DNA of 63,917 nucleotides, the filler included, from Pirum gemmata (Eukaryota): NCBI GenBank assembly GCA_002812295.1. It is 14 parts of 14 records of this genome, joined end to end, with 100 filler letters (N's around TTAATTAATTAA, not from the genome) between each part and the next. Parts side by side here need not be neighbours in the genome. Positions count along the whole stretch, not along the records: positions 22,704 to 26,965 come from PDIN01001171.1; positions 27,066 to 31,506 come from PDIN01001172.1; positions 31,607 to 36,014 come from PDIN01001173.1; positions 36,115 to 40,474 come from PDIN01001174.1; 10 more parts are not named here. One strand, written 5' to 3'. The notes beneath the pieces were generated by a model. The model worked only from the letters and a program-made list of their open reading frames with translations. It was not told where the DNA came from and made no database searches. The position numbers were made by a program, and so were the translations under genes. How positions within the stretch are numbered: position 1 is the first letter of the stretch; each line of letters begins with the position of its first letter. Shown here piece after piece: positions 25,031-37,620 of this stretch.

Positions 25031-26496
25031 TTAATTATACAAACTTTGATGACTGTATAAATAAAAAAGAAAACGAAACCAAAAAAATCTCAAAAAAACT
25101 CTTATTACAAGTAATAGCAATAAAAGCATTGGCAAAAGGCAAAGGAACAATGCTTTCGTTTAATTTTGATAATGTTTCTGGTAAGATTTATACCATATGT
25201 ACTTAAGCTTTAGGGTTAGGGTTAGGGCTAGGGTTAGGTTTAGGGAGGGTTCGGATTAGTAAACAACATACAACCCTAACCCTAACCCTAACTCTTAACT
25301 TTTAACTCTTAAATCTAATCCTAACTGTAACTGTAACTCTTAACTCTAACCCTAACCCTAACTGTAACTCTTAACTGTAACTGTAACTGTGACTCTTAAC
25401 TGTAACTGTAACTATAACTCTTTGCTGTATCTATAACTGTAACTGTTACCCTAACCCTAACCCTAACCCTAACCCTAACCCTAACCTTAACCCTAACCCT
25501 AACCCTAACCCTAACCCTAACCTTAACCCTAACCCTAACCCTAACCCTAACCCTAACCCTAACCCTAACCCTAACCCTAACCCTAACCCTAAGCCTAACC
25601 CTTAACCCTCACCTTCGCCGACCCCCACCTTCGCCTTAAACCCCAACCTTCGCCTTAACCATCACCTTCGCCTTGACCCCCACCTTCGCCTTAAACCCCC
25701 ACCTTTGCCTTAACCCTCACCTTCACCTTAACCCTCACTTTCGCCTTAACTTTCACTTTCGGCTTAACCTTCATCACCCTTCACCTTCACCTTCACCTGT
25801 AAGTGTGCATCACCTTGGTCTTAACCCTAATTGTCAGCCTTAACCGTAACATCGATTAATAAATAGTACTAGTTAGTGTACTTCCCTTTTCAAATATGTA
25901 GTGTACTTCGATTGCATTATTCAATATTTTAACATTTTTCAAAAAATCAAAATTTTTTTTAGTGGAATCCATCGGTTCTGAAACGTTAGACAACGAGCTT
26001 ATTCTTGAGGATGATGACGATTACCATGATTACTCATGTGTTTATTTTAAAAACGGGAAATATTTTACCAAAAAAAATGAAAAAGAAGTTAGAAATCCCT
26101 GGATAATTCATGTTTCTAAATTTTCCCAGAAGCACGCATTGACTTATTCAGAAGCCCTGAGGCACCCAGATGTAATAAATAATACACCCGTTATTATATA
26201 ATTATTAAGTGTTATATATTTATCATTCATTGTCATTTATTTAGATTTATTTGACTTTGCCATTTAGTATTTATGTCGTTTAAATATTTATTCATATATA
26301 TAGCCAAGGACCGAAAAACCCACATCTGGTTCCATAGTTTTCTTGTTATGCATGTCGCTTATTGCATTTGTATTATTTGACTTTAGCATTTAGTATTTAT
26401 ATATGTCGTTTAAAAATTATTTATATATACGTGTACATGGTAGTTTTCTTGTTCTAATGTTATATATATATATGGCGAAAATAACCGGATTTTTGC

Positions 26497-26533
<37 letters not shown>

Positions 26534-26842
26534 GTNNNNNNNNNNNNNNNNNNNNNNNNNNNNNNNNNNNNNNNNNNNNNNNNNNNNNNNNNNNNNNNNN
26601 NNNNNNNNNTAGCAAAAAAGAGTGTTTTTTTGCTATATATATATATATTACTAACGCTCATAATAAATATATGCTATGTAAAGGTGAAAAAGGATTACAA
26701 ATACAAAGGAAAATACTACTATAAAGATGGAGGAGAAGTTTCAAATCCTTGGCATATTAAAGTGTTTAAATATGTTAAAAAAAACAATGTTACTTTCAAA
26801 CAAGCTTTGTGCGAATTAAAATGTGAAAATAGCTCTGTGGAA
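25031..26842 (+). CDS. Spliced gene of unknown function (internal exons 25031-25180, 25963-26171, 26684-26842) with two copies of a K.GKY..K...EV.NPW.I.V.K......T(Y/F)..AL module
   Basis: Exons join in frame via TCTG|gtaag...tttag|TG (phase 1) and GAT|gtaata...aag|GTG (phase 0, TACTAAC branch site at 26649). Modules: KNGKYFTKKNEKEVRNPWIIHVSKFSQKHALTYSEAL and YKGKYYYKDGGEVSNPWHIKVFKYVKKNNVTFKQAL. Confidence 0.65.
25210..25600. repeat. Intronic telomere-type repeats: short (TTAGGG)n 25210-25250, then (CCCTAA)n/(CTGTAA)n 25273-25600
   Basis: Direct reading; lies inside the predicted intron 25181-25962. Confidence 0.9.
25600..25770 (+). repeat. Minisatellite, about 9 x 18-19 bp (CCTTAACCCTCACCTTCG)
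   Basis: Continues directly from the CCCTAA array. Confidence 0.85.
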
Positions 26843-27065
26843 GTAAGACAATGTTCTGGTAACACACCTGGTAGTTATATTTACCCCCCCCCCACCACCA
26901 CCCCTCTTTATATTATGCCATTTTTTTCAATTATACTAGCTATTCCTTTTTTTTTTCCTGCTTTCNNNNNNNNNNNNNNNNNNNNNNNNNNNNNNNNNNN
27001 NNNNNNNNNTTAATTAATTAANNNNNNNNNNNNNNNNNNNNNNNNNNNNNNNNNNNNNNNNNNNN

Positions 27066-27117
27066 AAACGAAAAAAACTGTACTAAGTAAACCACATATT
27101 TTATATATATGAAATGG

Positions 27118-27186
<69 letters not shown>

Positions 27187-27831
27187 TTGGCAATCATCGT
27201 CTACTTCTACACAGCATTTACTGATGCAACTGTTTCCAGAGCAATGCAATTTAGACATATCCACATTTTTTCTTGCTATTTTCTTGTACTTTTTGCATTT
27301 CAAAGTAGGAGTCCAAGCGCCCGCCCAAGCTTGACAAGTATTTGGCTTTTGCTTTGGTTTTGATGTTTGTTTTGGTGAAGTTGGTGTTGGTTTTGGTTTT
27401 GGTTTTGTTTTTGGTTTTGACGGTGTTGGTTTTGGTTTTGGTTTTGGTTTTGTTTTTGGTTTTGGTTTTGGTGGTGTTGGTTTTGGTTTTGGTTTTGGTT
27501 TTGGTTTTGATTTTGGTGGTGTTGGTTTTGGTTTTGATTTTGGTGGTGTTGGTTTTGGTTTTGATTTTGGTGTTAATTTCGGTGTTAATTTTGGTTTTGG
27601 TTTCTCATTACAGCATTTTTTAACACACTCATGAGTACCTTTGCAATGAATTGCTTTAAAGTTGACGTGGGTTTTAGCAATTTTGACATGTTTTGGGCAT
27701 TGGTGTACAGCATTCCATACGTGACAGTTGTTTTTGTTATGCTGATGCTTTTTATGATGCCATCCCCAAGTGGCCTCGGTGGATTCAACGAATGCAATGG
27801 CACCGACTACTGAAGCTAAAAAGAATTTCAT
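27066..27831 (-). CDS. Secreted protein with two Cys-rich modules, Pro/Lys-rich linker and poly-Asp tract; 3' end runs off the contig or is spliced
   Basis: Signal peptide [20 protein letters not shown]; modules CHVW...C.K..KIA...V....IHCKG...CVKKCC and CQAW...C.K..KIA...V....LHCSG..CISKCC; (PK)n linker. Confidence 0.8.
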
Positions 27832-27971
27832 TTTTGTTGATATTGTGGTTGTTGTGGTTGTTGTTTGTTGTTGTGGTAGTGGTAGTGGTTGTTGTTGTTG
27901 TTGTTGTTGTGGTTGTGGTTGTTGTTGTTGCTGTTGATGCTGTTGATATTGTTATTGTTGTTGTTGTTTGC

Positions 27972-28002
<31 letters not shown>

Positions 28003-29059
28003 GACTGTCTTGGTAATATAAAATTACAAGTTCCATAAAGTTTTGAATTTGTTTTTAGTTTTATCGAATTCAAGATAGCACAATGTTAATTTTATATAAA
28101 ATTACAAATTTTATATATTTTTTTTAGTTTATTTTATTTTTTGTTTTGTTTTGTGTTTTTTTAATTTTTTGTTCATATTTTTTGTTGTATTTATAGTAAA
28201 ACGAGATTTTGCCATTACATTTTACATTTATAAAAAAAAAAAATAAAAAAAAAATGTAATAATTATAATTGTAATAATAATAATAATAATAATAATAAAA
28301 TATATACATGCGTATTTCCTGTTAAAATTTAAGTTTAATTAATAAGTGTTAAAAAGCATGATGAATATATATATTGAAATAATATAATCCTAGTATTATG
28401 ATTGTGTTAATTAATCTCGATCTATTATGTTGTCAAAATGATATACTATAGTTCAAAAATTGAGTATTTCAAAATAAATTTGAACTCTATATAATGTAGA
28501 ATTTCCAATATAGATTAGTAGTATTAATTAATAGAGTTAGGGTTAGGGTTAGAGCTTGAGAGTTTAGGATTAAGATTAAGGTACTGTTAGGGTTATAAGG
28601 ATTATTTCCAATAGTATTAAAGGTTCTTGTATGATAATTAGGAGTAGGGTCTTTTATGGTTGGGATAAGGGTTAGGGCTAGAGGGTGTAAAGTCAGGGTT
28701 AGGGTTAGAGCTCGAGGCCTAGGGTCTAGGATTAATTAAGGTTAGGGTTAATAAGGTTATAAGCTTATAATTAAGGGTTATAATCAGGGCCAGGGTTATA
28801 AGGTTTAGGGTTAGGTTAACGTTATAGTTAGGATTAGGTTTACAGTTAGAGTCTCTCTCTTTTCTAAAGTTATGGTTTAGTTTATAAAAACTTCTGTCTA
28901 GCTAGATATCTGTCTAGCTAGCACTAGCTAGCTAGTATTTCTGTCTATTTCTGACAATTGTTTTTTTTTTTCTTGATTATCCAATTGCAACAATTGCAAG
29001 CTGATACTAACCATTGAAGAGCCCCATCGCTAGCTAGTAGAGCTCCGAACTACCCAAGC

Positions 29060-29355
29060 TAGACTTCTTCGAATTCTGTCCGGGCAGAATTGGTCTTTTT
29101 CGAGAAATGGCAGAATGTGTTTTTCCTCTCTAACTCGATCAAAAATTAATTTTTTGAAAAAAAAAAAAAAAGGAGATTGATTCTACCACTAAAAAAATAT
29201 AAGTGTGAAATTTTCGAATCTAAGTATTTGTTAATAAACTCGAAAAATTAATTTCGAACATACCAAACAAACCAGAAATTCTGCTCGGAAGAAATCGAGC
29301 TTTTCAGGGCAGAAGAGAAGCAGAAAGTCGAGTTTTAGGAGCAGAATTCGGCCCC
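29060..29355 (+). mobile_element. MITE family G (about 300 bp, hAT-like TAG...CTA ends); full copy 61450-61766, diverged relative 53517-53718
   Basis: TIRs TAGACTTCTCCGAATTCTGCCC / GGGCAGAATTCGGAGAAATCTA in the 61450 copy; flanks taagtagc / aagtaggc look like an imperfect TSD. The interiors of the two main copies align along their length. Confidence 0.8.
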
Positions 29356-32300
29356 AAGCTGTCCATTCTGGGTCATCCACTGACTGGGTCATCCACTGAC
29401 ATCCAGGCACAAAATTCACACAACTATAATGTTTTGCCGAATAATAAGGTAGTAAAAAATGGAAAACTAAAACTAAACTTTTAGCCAGAACTTTTAGCCC
29501 TAGATTAGTAGACTTTTAGCCTTTTTTAACTGGACCCTTTTGCTTTTAGCCAGTCTTGGATTACAAAAAAAAGCGAAAAAGGAAATTTTTAAGAGGACCC
29601 ACATACTTTTGTTTTTTTTCTTTGATATTTATTGGTCCAATTGGTAACTAATAACTGTGATATTATTGGCTATTTATTTATTTTTTTTCACAAAGTGTAC
29701 TAAAAACCAACCAGAAATGATTAATGGGTTTTTTTATTATTATTATTTAAACTATTTAGACATTGTAGACCAGTCATTGCAGTGATATACTATATATAGT
29801 CTATAGATAATAAGTTCCCCTCAGATAAGTTCCCCATCTGCAGTCCCCATCTGTAGTTAGTGTAGTTCTACATATCATAAGTTCATGCCAAGGACCAGGG
29901 TCTAAGTCTGCTCTTTCCATTATTCTCTAAAATAGTTCCCCAAAATAGTCAATTATACAGCTGTCATACCAGCTAGTAGTCACAACTCATAGTCAACACT
30001 GCCAAAATACATCCTAAAACACTCACTAATCCTATGTACATGCATATTACTTCCTAACCCTAATATTACTTCCTAACCCTAATTAACCCTAATTAACCTA
30101 ACTCTCCCTATCTCTGTCATAATATGCATTCCATTTTTTTTAATAAATAAATTAAAAAACAAAAACCTTTCCACTATATATATAGCTATATTATATATGT
30201 TATTCCCTATAGCTAATTACAATCATAGGTTATATACATGAAAATACGCAGAGGCATTCACTCAAACACTAAAACGATTGAACAGATTCAAGCAGATTCA
30301 TCGATCATCGATCATCGTTAATTAAGGTTAGGGTTAGGGTTAGGGTTAGGGTATAATTTTATATACAATATAATATTATTAGCACGTTGGTAACGTTTTC
30401 GGTATATATAGTCCTATAGTAATTAATATTCATAATTTGATTCATGTATCATAACTATCTGATGGTAATCGTAACCCTAAGCTTTTAAAAGTTAACTCTT
30501 AATTAACCCTAATTATAACCCTAACCCCTAACAGTCCCTAACAGAAAAATGGCTGATAAAAACGAGGTTATTTATAATTAGTTTTTTTTTTTAATTTGTC
30601 AGTCATGCTAGTCTAGCTAGTCATGTGACTCATGCTAGTTAGTTTATCAGCTACCCCCCCTAGCTAGCTAGCTACTAGCTAGAGTGCTACTAGCTAGCTA
30701 GGTGGTGGTACTTCTTCTATGTCTATTTATAGTTTATCGTCTAACTATTTGCCTAGCTGGAGTTCGTTCAGGGAGTTCGTTACCTTGGCAGGCTTAGAAA
30801 CCCCATATTTAAACCAATTGAAATAACTCAGACATAAATTTGAACATTCTGGTTTGTCAAAAATAAATCCAAGTCAATTGAAAATACCACCTGTTGAACT
30901 GTAGGATCATCATTTATATCTGAGTATTTTAAACTTTTTTAAAAAATTAAATAAGCTTGTATAAATGAGAGGCCCTAAATGAGATATAGTAGATCTAATT
31001 TCATCATCTAAATTATTTCTAAAAATGTTTATCGCTAATTTTAATTGATGTTTGTATTTGTCTAAATGATGTTTTACACTTTGTTTAGACCTTAAAATCT
31101 AGAGTGATTTACCAAGACCTAATCTAGGGTGTAAAATTGTAAATCACTATCATAACTCTATCATAGCACTATTATAAAATTTTGTAAACCAGGCAAAATA
31201 TTTACAAACATTGAAACGAGGAACTTATCTATCTATGAAATCCCACTGTTTATTTATTATCTATTATTGTGTTTTTCACTACCGTAGTAGACCGTAGAAC
31301 AACAGTTCAAAAACTGAAATAAACGTACCAAATTATTATTAAGTTAAACTATCAGACATGTTTTAATTACTTTGGTATTTTATATAATATTTAAAATGTT
31401 CTATTTTATAAAAAAGTTCAATTATATTCAATTATACACTTACTTAAAAACAGTATCAAATTAAAGATTGATAGGACAACTGTAATGAAAAAAACGATAA
31501 TAATAANNNNNNNNNNNNNNNNNNNNNNNNNNNNNNNNNNNNNNNNNNNNTTAATTAATTAANNNNNNNNNNNNNNNNNNNNNNNNNNNNNNNNNNNNNN
31601 NNNNNNCTAAATAAGGTTTATAGCAAATCATTTGAAATATAAATTTAAATTCTTAGAAATCAATAATTATTTCTTTTATATATATATTCAAAAACGAAAG
31701 TCATTGTTAAGAAAAACTTAACAATGAACAAATAATAAATCAATAATATTACCATATTTTGTAAATAGAACTTCGCATATCATAAAACAAAATTTCGGTT
31801 CTTTTAATCAACAAATTAAAAATCTACTTTCATATTTATATTAACAAATATTACAAAACCATTTCTTAATATTTATTAAATAATGAATTTTTGAATCAAC
31901 AAATTAGAATTTCATATAATTGCCTATATTAATAAATAATAAAAAACATATACGCAACTTATTTATAATATAAAACCATATCTTATTTATAATATAAAAC
32001 CACATCTTATTTATTAAGTCAATGAATTTTTAATCAACAAATTAAAATCCCATATAATTATCTATATTAATAAATAATGTAAAATAAATCTTGTTATTAA
32101 TTGATATTATAATAACTGATTTTTTAGCAATAATCGATATATATTTATCAAATATATAACATCTCGGTTTATAAAACAAGTAAAATTTTATTTTTATCCT
32201 GAGAAAAATTTTAGTTTTACTCATTCGGTGTTTAACATATACATATGCTATGTTTGAAAAAAAAAAATGCCATAAAATGTTAAATTTTTCTTTTAAATCA

Positions 32301-32589
32301 TTAAGCATTGTAAAACATATATACGCCAATTCTTTAATTATTTCCGGAGGAAATGTTTTCAAAGAAATTTTTTCAATCATTGAGCAATTCCAAAATAATA
32401 TATACGCTAATTTTTTATTTTTTTTCGACACTTTGTCAATCGTAAAGCATTTTCAAAACAATATATACGCTAATTTTTTATTTTTTTCGGAAAAAATGTT
32501 TGTTCAAAGGAAATTTTGTCAATTATTAAGTATTTTTAAAACAATATGCACATTATATTTTTTAAATTTTCTATCATATATACATACAA

Positions 32590-34960
32590 TTAATGTTGTT
32601 GTTTAGCCTTGCGTAAAGCTAATCTTGTTTTCTTATTTTTGTAAAGAGTTTTTTCTAAAGCATGATCATGCTTCTTGTTAATATTATAATCATTAATTAA
32701 AACAGTACAATTCAATCTGCGTTCATCCTCCCAAAATGATATTCCATCTAAGGTTTCACATTGATAAGCAGTAAAAGGCATATTCTTACCATCTCGCTCG
32801 ATTCTAGAATTTATAATTCGTTTAACTTCAACCTCATCTAGATCAATGGTGTCCCAACCATGATCCAGTCCGTGCAAAGGTAAATCAGTTAAAGTTTTAT
32901 AATTTTCTTTTTCTTGTCTAAGATGAAATGCTTTGATATCATCGATATTTTTAGTTATAATCGAATTCGTAACTATGTTTTTGACTTCATACGATGTATC
33001 ATCAATTTTTTTTACAATCTCCATAGGTCCATCAAATCGAATTTGAAATTTCTTAGACGCATTACCATCATGATCATACAACTTGTTACGAATAAAACAC
33101 AAACCACCTGTTTCAAATTCTTTTACTGGGTTAATAGTTGGCAACGATTTTTTTTAAAGAATTTTCAATAAACTCATTTCGGTTTTCTTCTATTATTTCA
33201 TTCATTGTTTTCTTTCTTCGTACTTAACTTTCTATAATAGCTACAATATCTTTCTTTAAACCTTCAAATTTATAAAAGGTGATATCTGGAAATGTTTCTG
33301 CACATCGTCCATAGACAATTTCATAAGGGCTAAAACCTCTTCCAGCGTTTCTTTTTGTACGGTGAGCCCATAACACAAAAGGTATTATTTCATCCCAATC
33401 ATTATGATCATCATTAATATATTTGCTAAGGATGTTATTAAAATCTTGGTGAATCCTGTCCCAAATGTTGACTAGTTTTAGACTCATGCATATTATATAA
33501 TAATTCATTTCTCATTGATTCTGGAACATATAGGTTTTTTCCGAAAATCCTGCCTTTATAATACAGAATATTATTTATAATATCACAATTAGTTGCAATT
33601 TTTTTAAATTTTTTATATAATTTTTTGACCAATTTTTTTCATTCTGATCTACATTTTCACTTTCTTTATTTTGTTCTAGATTATTTTTAATTTTTTCTTT
33701 AATTTCCATTTTTTCAATATTATTATCAATATCTATTTTTAATCTTTTATTTTCATCTATAGCTAAGGTTTTAATCCATTTCTCTTTACCCTTGCTATAA
33801 TCAATTTTATAGTGTCTTTTGTTATTAATATGGTTATTCACATCTAACCAATTTTCTTTACTATTACTTAAATTTTTTATTTTGTTATCAAAAGTAACGC
33901 TTTTTATTATTTTTTTATTAATATTGTCTCTTTTCTTTTCATATGATTTTATATAATATATAATATCATTACTTAATTTATCCTTTTTTTGTGCATATTT
34001 ATTGCTAAAGGTTGATAACCAGCATGTGATATTGCATTGAAATTATTTATTTTATTAATATAATAATTATTTTTATAATTAATATCTTAAGTTTGATTTT
34101 TTTTTTATTTAAAAAATCACAATCTAAAAACAAATTTGATATATCAATATTATACATACTATTTTCCTCTATATTATGTATGTCATAATCCATATTTGTG
34201 GTTAATAAATAGCCTAACCTACTTACAATATCAGGTTGAGTATGTTTGGCACCACTAATATGTTGCATAGTCATATTATATTGACCCAATTCAACGGCCC
34301 ATCTGTTTAACCTAGCAGATGCCATTTTTTTATCTTTTAAGGCTAACAAAGGTTTATGGTCTGTTCTAACTATAAAATTAGTTTTCCCATATACATATCT
34401 ATGAGCTATCTTTGTTATAAAATAATATATAGCAAAACACTCTTTTTCACTTATAGCATACCCTCTTTGGTTTTTATTTAAAGTTTTTGAATAATAGCCA
34501 ATAACTTTTTCTTCATATTCTTTTACCCCCCAACCGAAATATCACAAGCATCAACCGAAAAAATAAAATATTCGTTAGGATCATTACTAAACTTTGGTTG
34601 TGCTAACACTTCGTTACATAATCCCTTTTTCATATTTTCGAAAGCTTGTAATCGTTCTTCAGTCCATTCTATTTTATCCTTTTTTTTTTCACCTGTTATT
34701 GAGGAGAGAGGGTATGATATTCTAGCATAATTAGGTATATGTCTCCGTACCCAATTACATAATCCTAACCATGACCTCAATTCTGTGACATTTGTTGGTC
34801 TAGGATACTTTTGTATTACTTCATATCTTAGTTTGTCTACAGTAATACCATTAATTAAATTACATAATCCTAACCATGACCTCAATTCTGTGACATTTGT
34901 TGGTCTAGGATACTTTTGTATTACCTCATATCTTAGTTTGTCTACAGTAATACCATTAAT
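32590..34960 (-). mobile_element. Degenerate Ty3/Gypsy LTR-retrotransposon pol: RT thumb/connection, RNase H, partial integrase, GPY/F motif, chromodomain
   Basis: PRPTNVTELRSWLGLCNWVRRHIPNYARISYPL; FSVDACDISVGG; GYYSKTL...EKECFAI; VRTDHKPL...RLNRWAVEL...D.VSRL; LYVPESMRNELLYNMHES...HLG; DWDEIIPFVLWAHRT...GFSPYEIVYGR; RFDGPMEIV; EVKRIINSR...WEDERRLNC..LINDY. Several frameshifts and stops. Confidence 0.92.
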
Positions 34961-36114
34961 TATTAATAACTATCATAATTATTATTATAAACAATTAACT
35001 AATAATTATTATCATAAAATCTTCCAATAATCTATTGACACCAAACACTTTCGATAACCTCGGGTATTGATTTACGAAATCAGTCAATATCATCCAATAA
35101 CTAATTTAATTAAAGTAAAATTACTTTTAAATTAGAAATATAATACAAAGTAACGAATGAGTTTATTATTACAATATAACAAAACAATCATTCGTGTATT
35201 ATTACAAATTACTAAATATGGTTTATAGTAATAATTATGATTGTTAATTATTGTTTATAATTAAGTTGTTTTTATAATTTCATTTTTTATTATGGTAATA
35301 TTGATTTTATTACATGATAAAAAAAAATTATAAATATAATTGTTAATTTTTTGAAAATGGAAAAAAATTAACTAACAACTACAGAAAATCATAAAAGTAA
35401 AAATACCTCAATCAAACTTACACAATTTAAATTATATATACTAGTACTTACAAAATAATTTGAAAATATAATAATAATTTAATTGTATCGCTTTGCCTTG
35501 GAGGTCTACTACTACTCTAGTAGACTACTAAGTACTATTATACTAGCTAGCTAGCTAGAGTAGTAGTAGTAGTAAGAAACCCACCCACAACATAGTAGTA
35601 GACCGGGGGGGTCTACAAGTGTATCATAGTATAACATCCACCTGACAACATCGAAAGCGAAAAAGCCTTTTTTTAGTCTTTTTTTTTGATAACTTTGGAT
35701 TCCCTCTCTACTAACTCTCTACTACTACTACTACCAGCTAGAATAGACTACTAGCTAGCTAGTAGATGACTAGTAGTCTACGTCTGTAGTCCCACACAAT
35801 CCCACACAATATAGTATTTTTTAATAATAATAATAATGATAGTAATATTATATCTAAAAACAATAATATAATAATAAGAATAAAATTTATATTAATAATA
35901 ATAATAATAACAGTAATAATAATAATAATAATATAATAATAAGAATATATAATAACAATAATAATAATATTTTAATATTAATTATATATGATATGGATCA
36001 GCAAGATTAAAACANNNNNNNNNNNNNNNNNNNNNNNNNNNNNNNNNNNNNNNNNNNNTTAATTAATTAANNNNNNNNNNNNNNNNNNNNNNNNNNNNNN
36101 NNNNNNNNNNNNNN

Positions 36115-36389
36115 GCTTCACAAGCCAAACATTGAGCAGTGAGAGCTTTACAGCACATTTCTGGTTTAGTTAACACGATTTCTATTGGGATACACTCTTG
36201 TTGCTCACAACAAAGACCGGGCACTTGTTTGCCAACAAACTGCGTGTCAGGAGAACACATTATAGACTTACACAAGGCATTTTCTTTGGTCACGTAATTC
36301 TTAGCGTCATCATAACATTTATTTTCAGTTGGATGAGCGAATGCCATCATTGCAGCTATACTTGCTGATAAAATTACTTTGTACATCAT
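36115..36389 (-). CDS. N-terminus of a secreted Cys-rich protein (CCKALTAQCLAC motif), truncated by the contig end
   Basis: Hydrophobic leader MMYKVILSASIAAMMAFA; 10 Cys in about 70 aa; ATG preceded by an AT-rich promoter-like region. Confidence 0.75.
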
Positions 36390-37369
36390 GTTTAATTAAT
36401 AGATATAATATTATCGTTTATATTAAAATATAATTTAATTTTTCTTTTTATTTATTATTTTTTCTAAATTTATATTATCACAACTGATTATGATGATGAT
36501 AATATTTGTTAATTTTTATTTTTATTTATTATTATTATTATTATACTTGATTATATTTTCTAAATTTATATTTTAATATTTTTTTTATTTTTTTATTTTG
36601 TGATTTTTTCACTGCTATTTATACCTAATCAGACTAATCTGACAGCATAGAAAAAAAAACCCCAAGGCAAAAAAAAACAGTCACAATCTAGTATGAAGAC
36701 TATGGACATTGTTTATTGCACACTATAATAATTATATGCAGAGTACTACAGAGTAGCTTACAGAGTATACTTATACAATGTAGTATACATAATAACTCAT
36801 CCAATACACATACACATCCACAGGTTTACTAAGACCTCCACCCGAAAAAAACACTAGAGAAAAAAAACATTAGTGATCAGTGTACAAGTGTGCATGTGAT
36901 CAGCCTCACTGATCTTATAGTGATCTTATCGTCTGCCTGGAATTTTTTTCTTGAACTTTTATCTGGAATTTAACCAATAATACACTTATAAAATGCAGAA
37001 AAAAACTGGCACGATTAGTCTATATAACTCTATACATTATTCAGTTGCACGATTCCAGGTGGAACAATTAATGTTAGCACTTATAATTACATCAACAAGA
37101 AAATTTAACAACGCCACTCTAAAAACAGTAAGGTTATACAAACAACAAACAACAGAATTAACGCCATACCAACATCAGCAAAAAGCAAAACAAACAGCAA
37201 ACAAACAAACAAACAAACAAACAAAAAAACAAACAAACAAACAAAACAAACAAACATTACTGAACATTAATCAACAACAACAACAACAACAACAATTGCC
37301 ACTTATAAGTACACCAACAACAAAAGGATTAATGTCACACTAAAAACAATAAATTTGAAATAACAAATT

Positions 37370-37620
37370 TTTAAACAACAAACAACAAACAACAAACAAC
37401 AAACAACAAACAACAAACAACAAACAACAAATAACAAACAAACAACGCTACCAAACAACAAACAACAAACAAACAACAAACAACAAACAACAAACAACAA
37501 ACAACAAACAAACAACGAACAACAAACAACAAACAACAAACAACAAACAACAAACAACAAACAACAAACAACAAACAACAAAATTTAATAGCAAACAGCA
37601 AACAGCAAACAGCAAACAAC
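37370..37620 (+). repeat. (AACAACA)n heptamer microsatellite
   Basis: Direct reading. Confidence 0.9.

Noticed and set aside
31620..32580. Candidate LTR or extra ORFs downstream of the Gypsy pol
   Set aside because: Only degenerate AT-rich internal repeats are visible. No second LTR copy, TG...CA pair or clear polypurine tract could be established within the contig.
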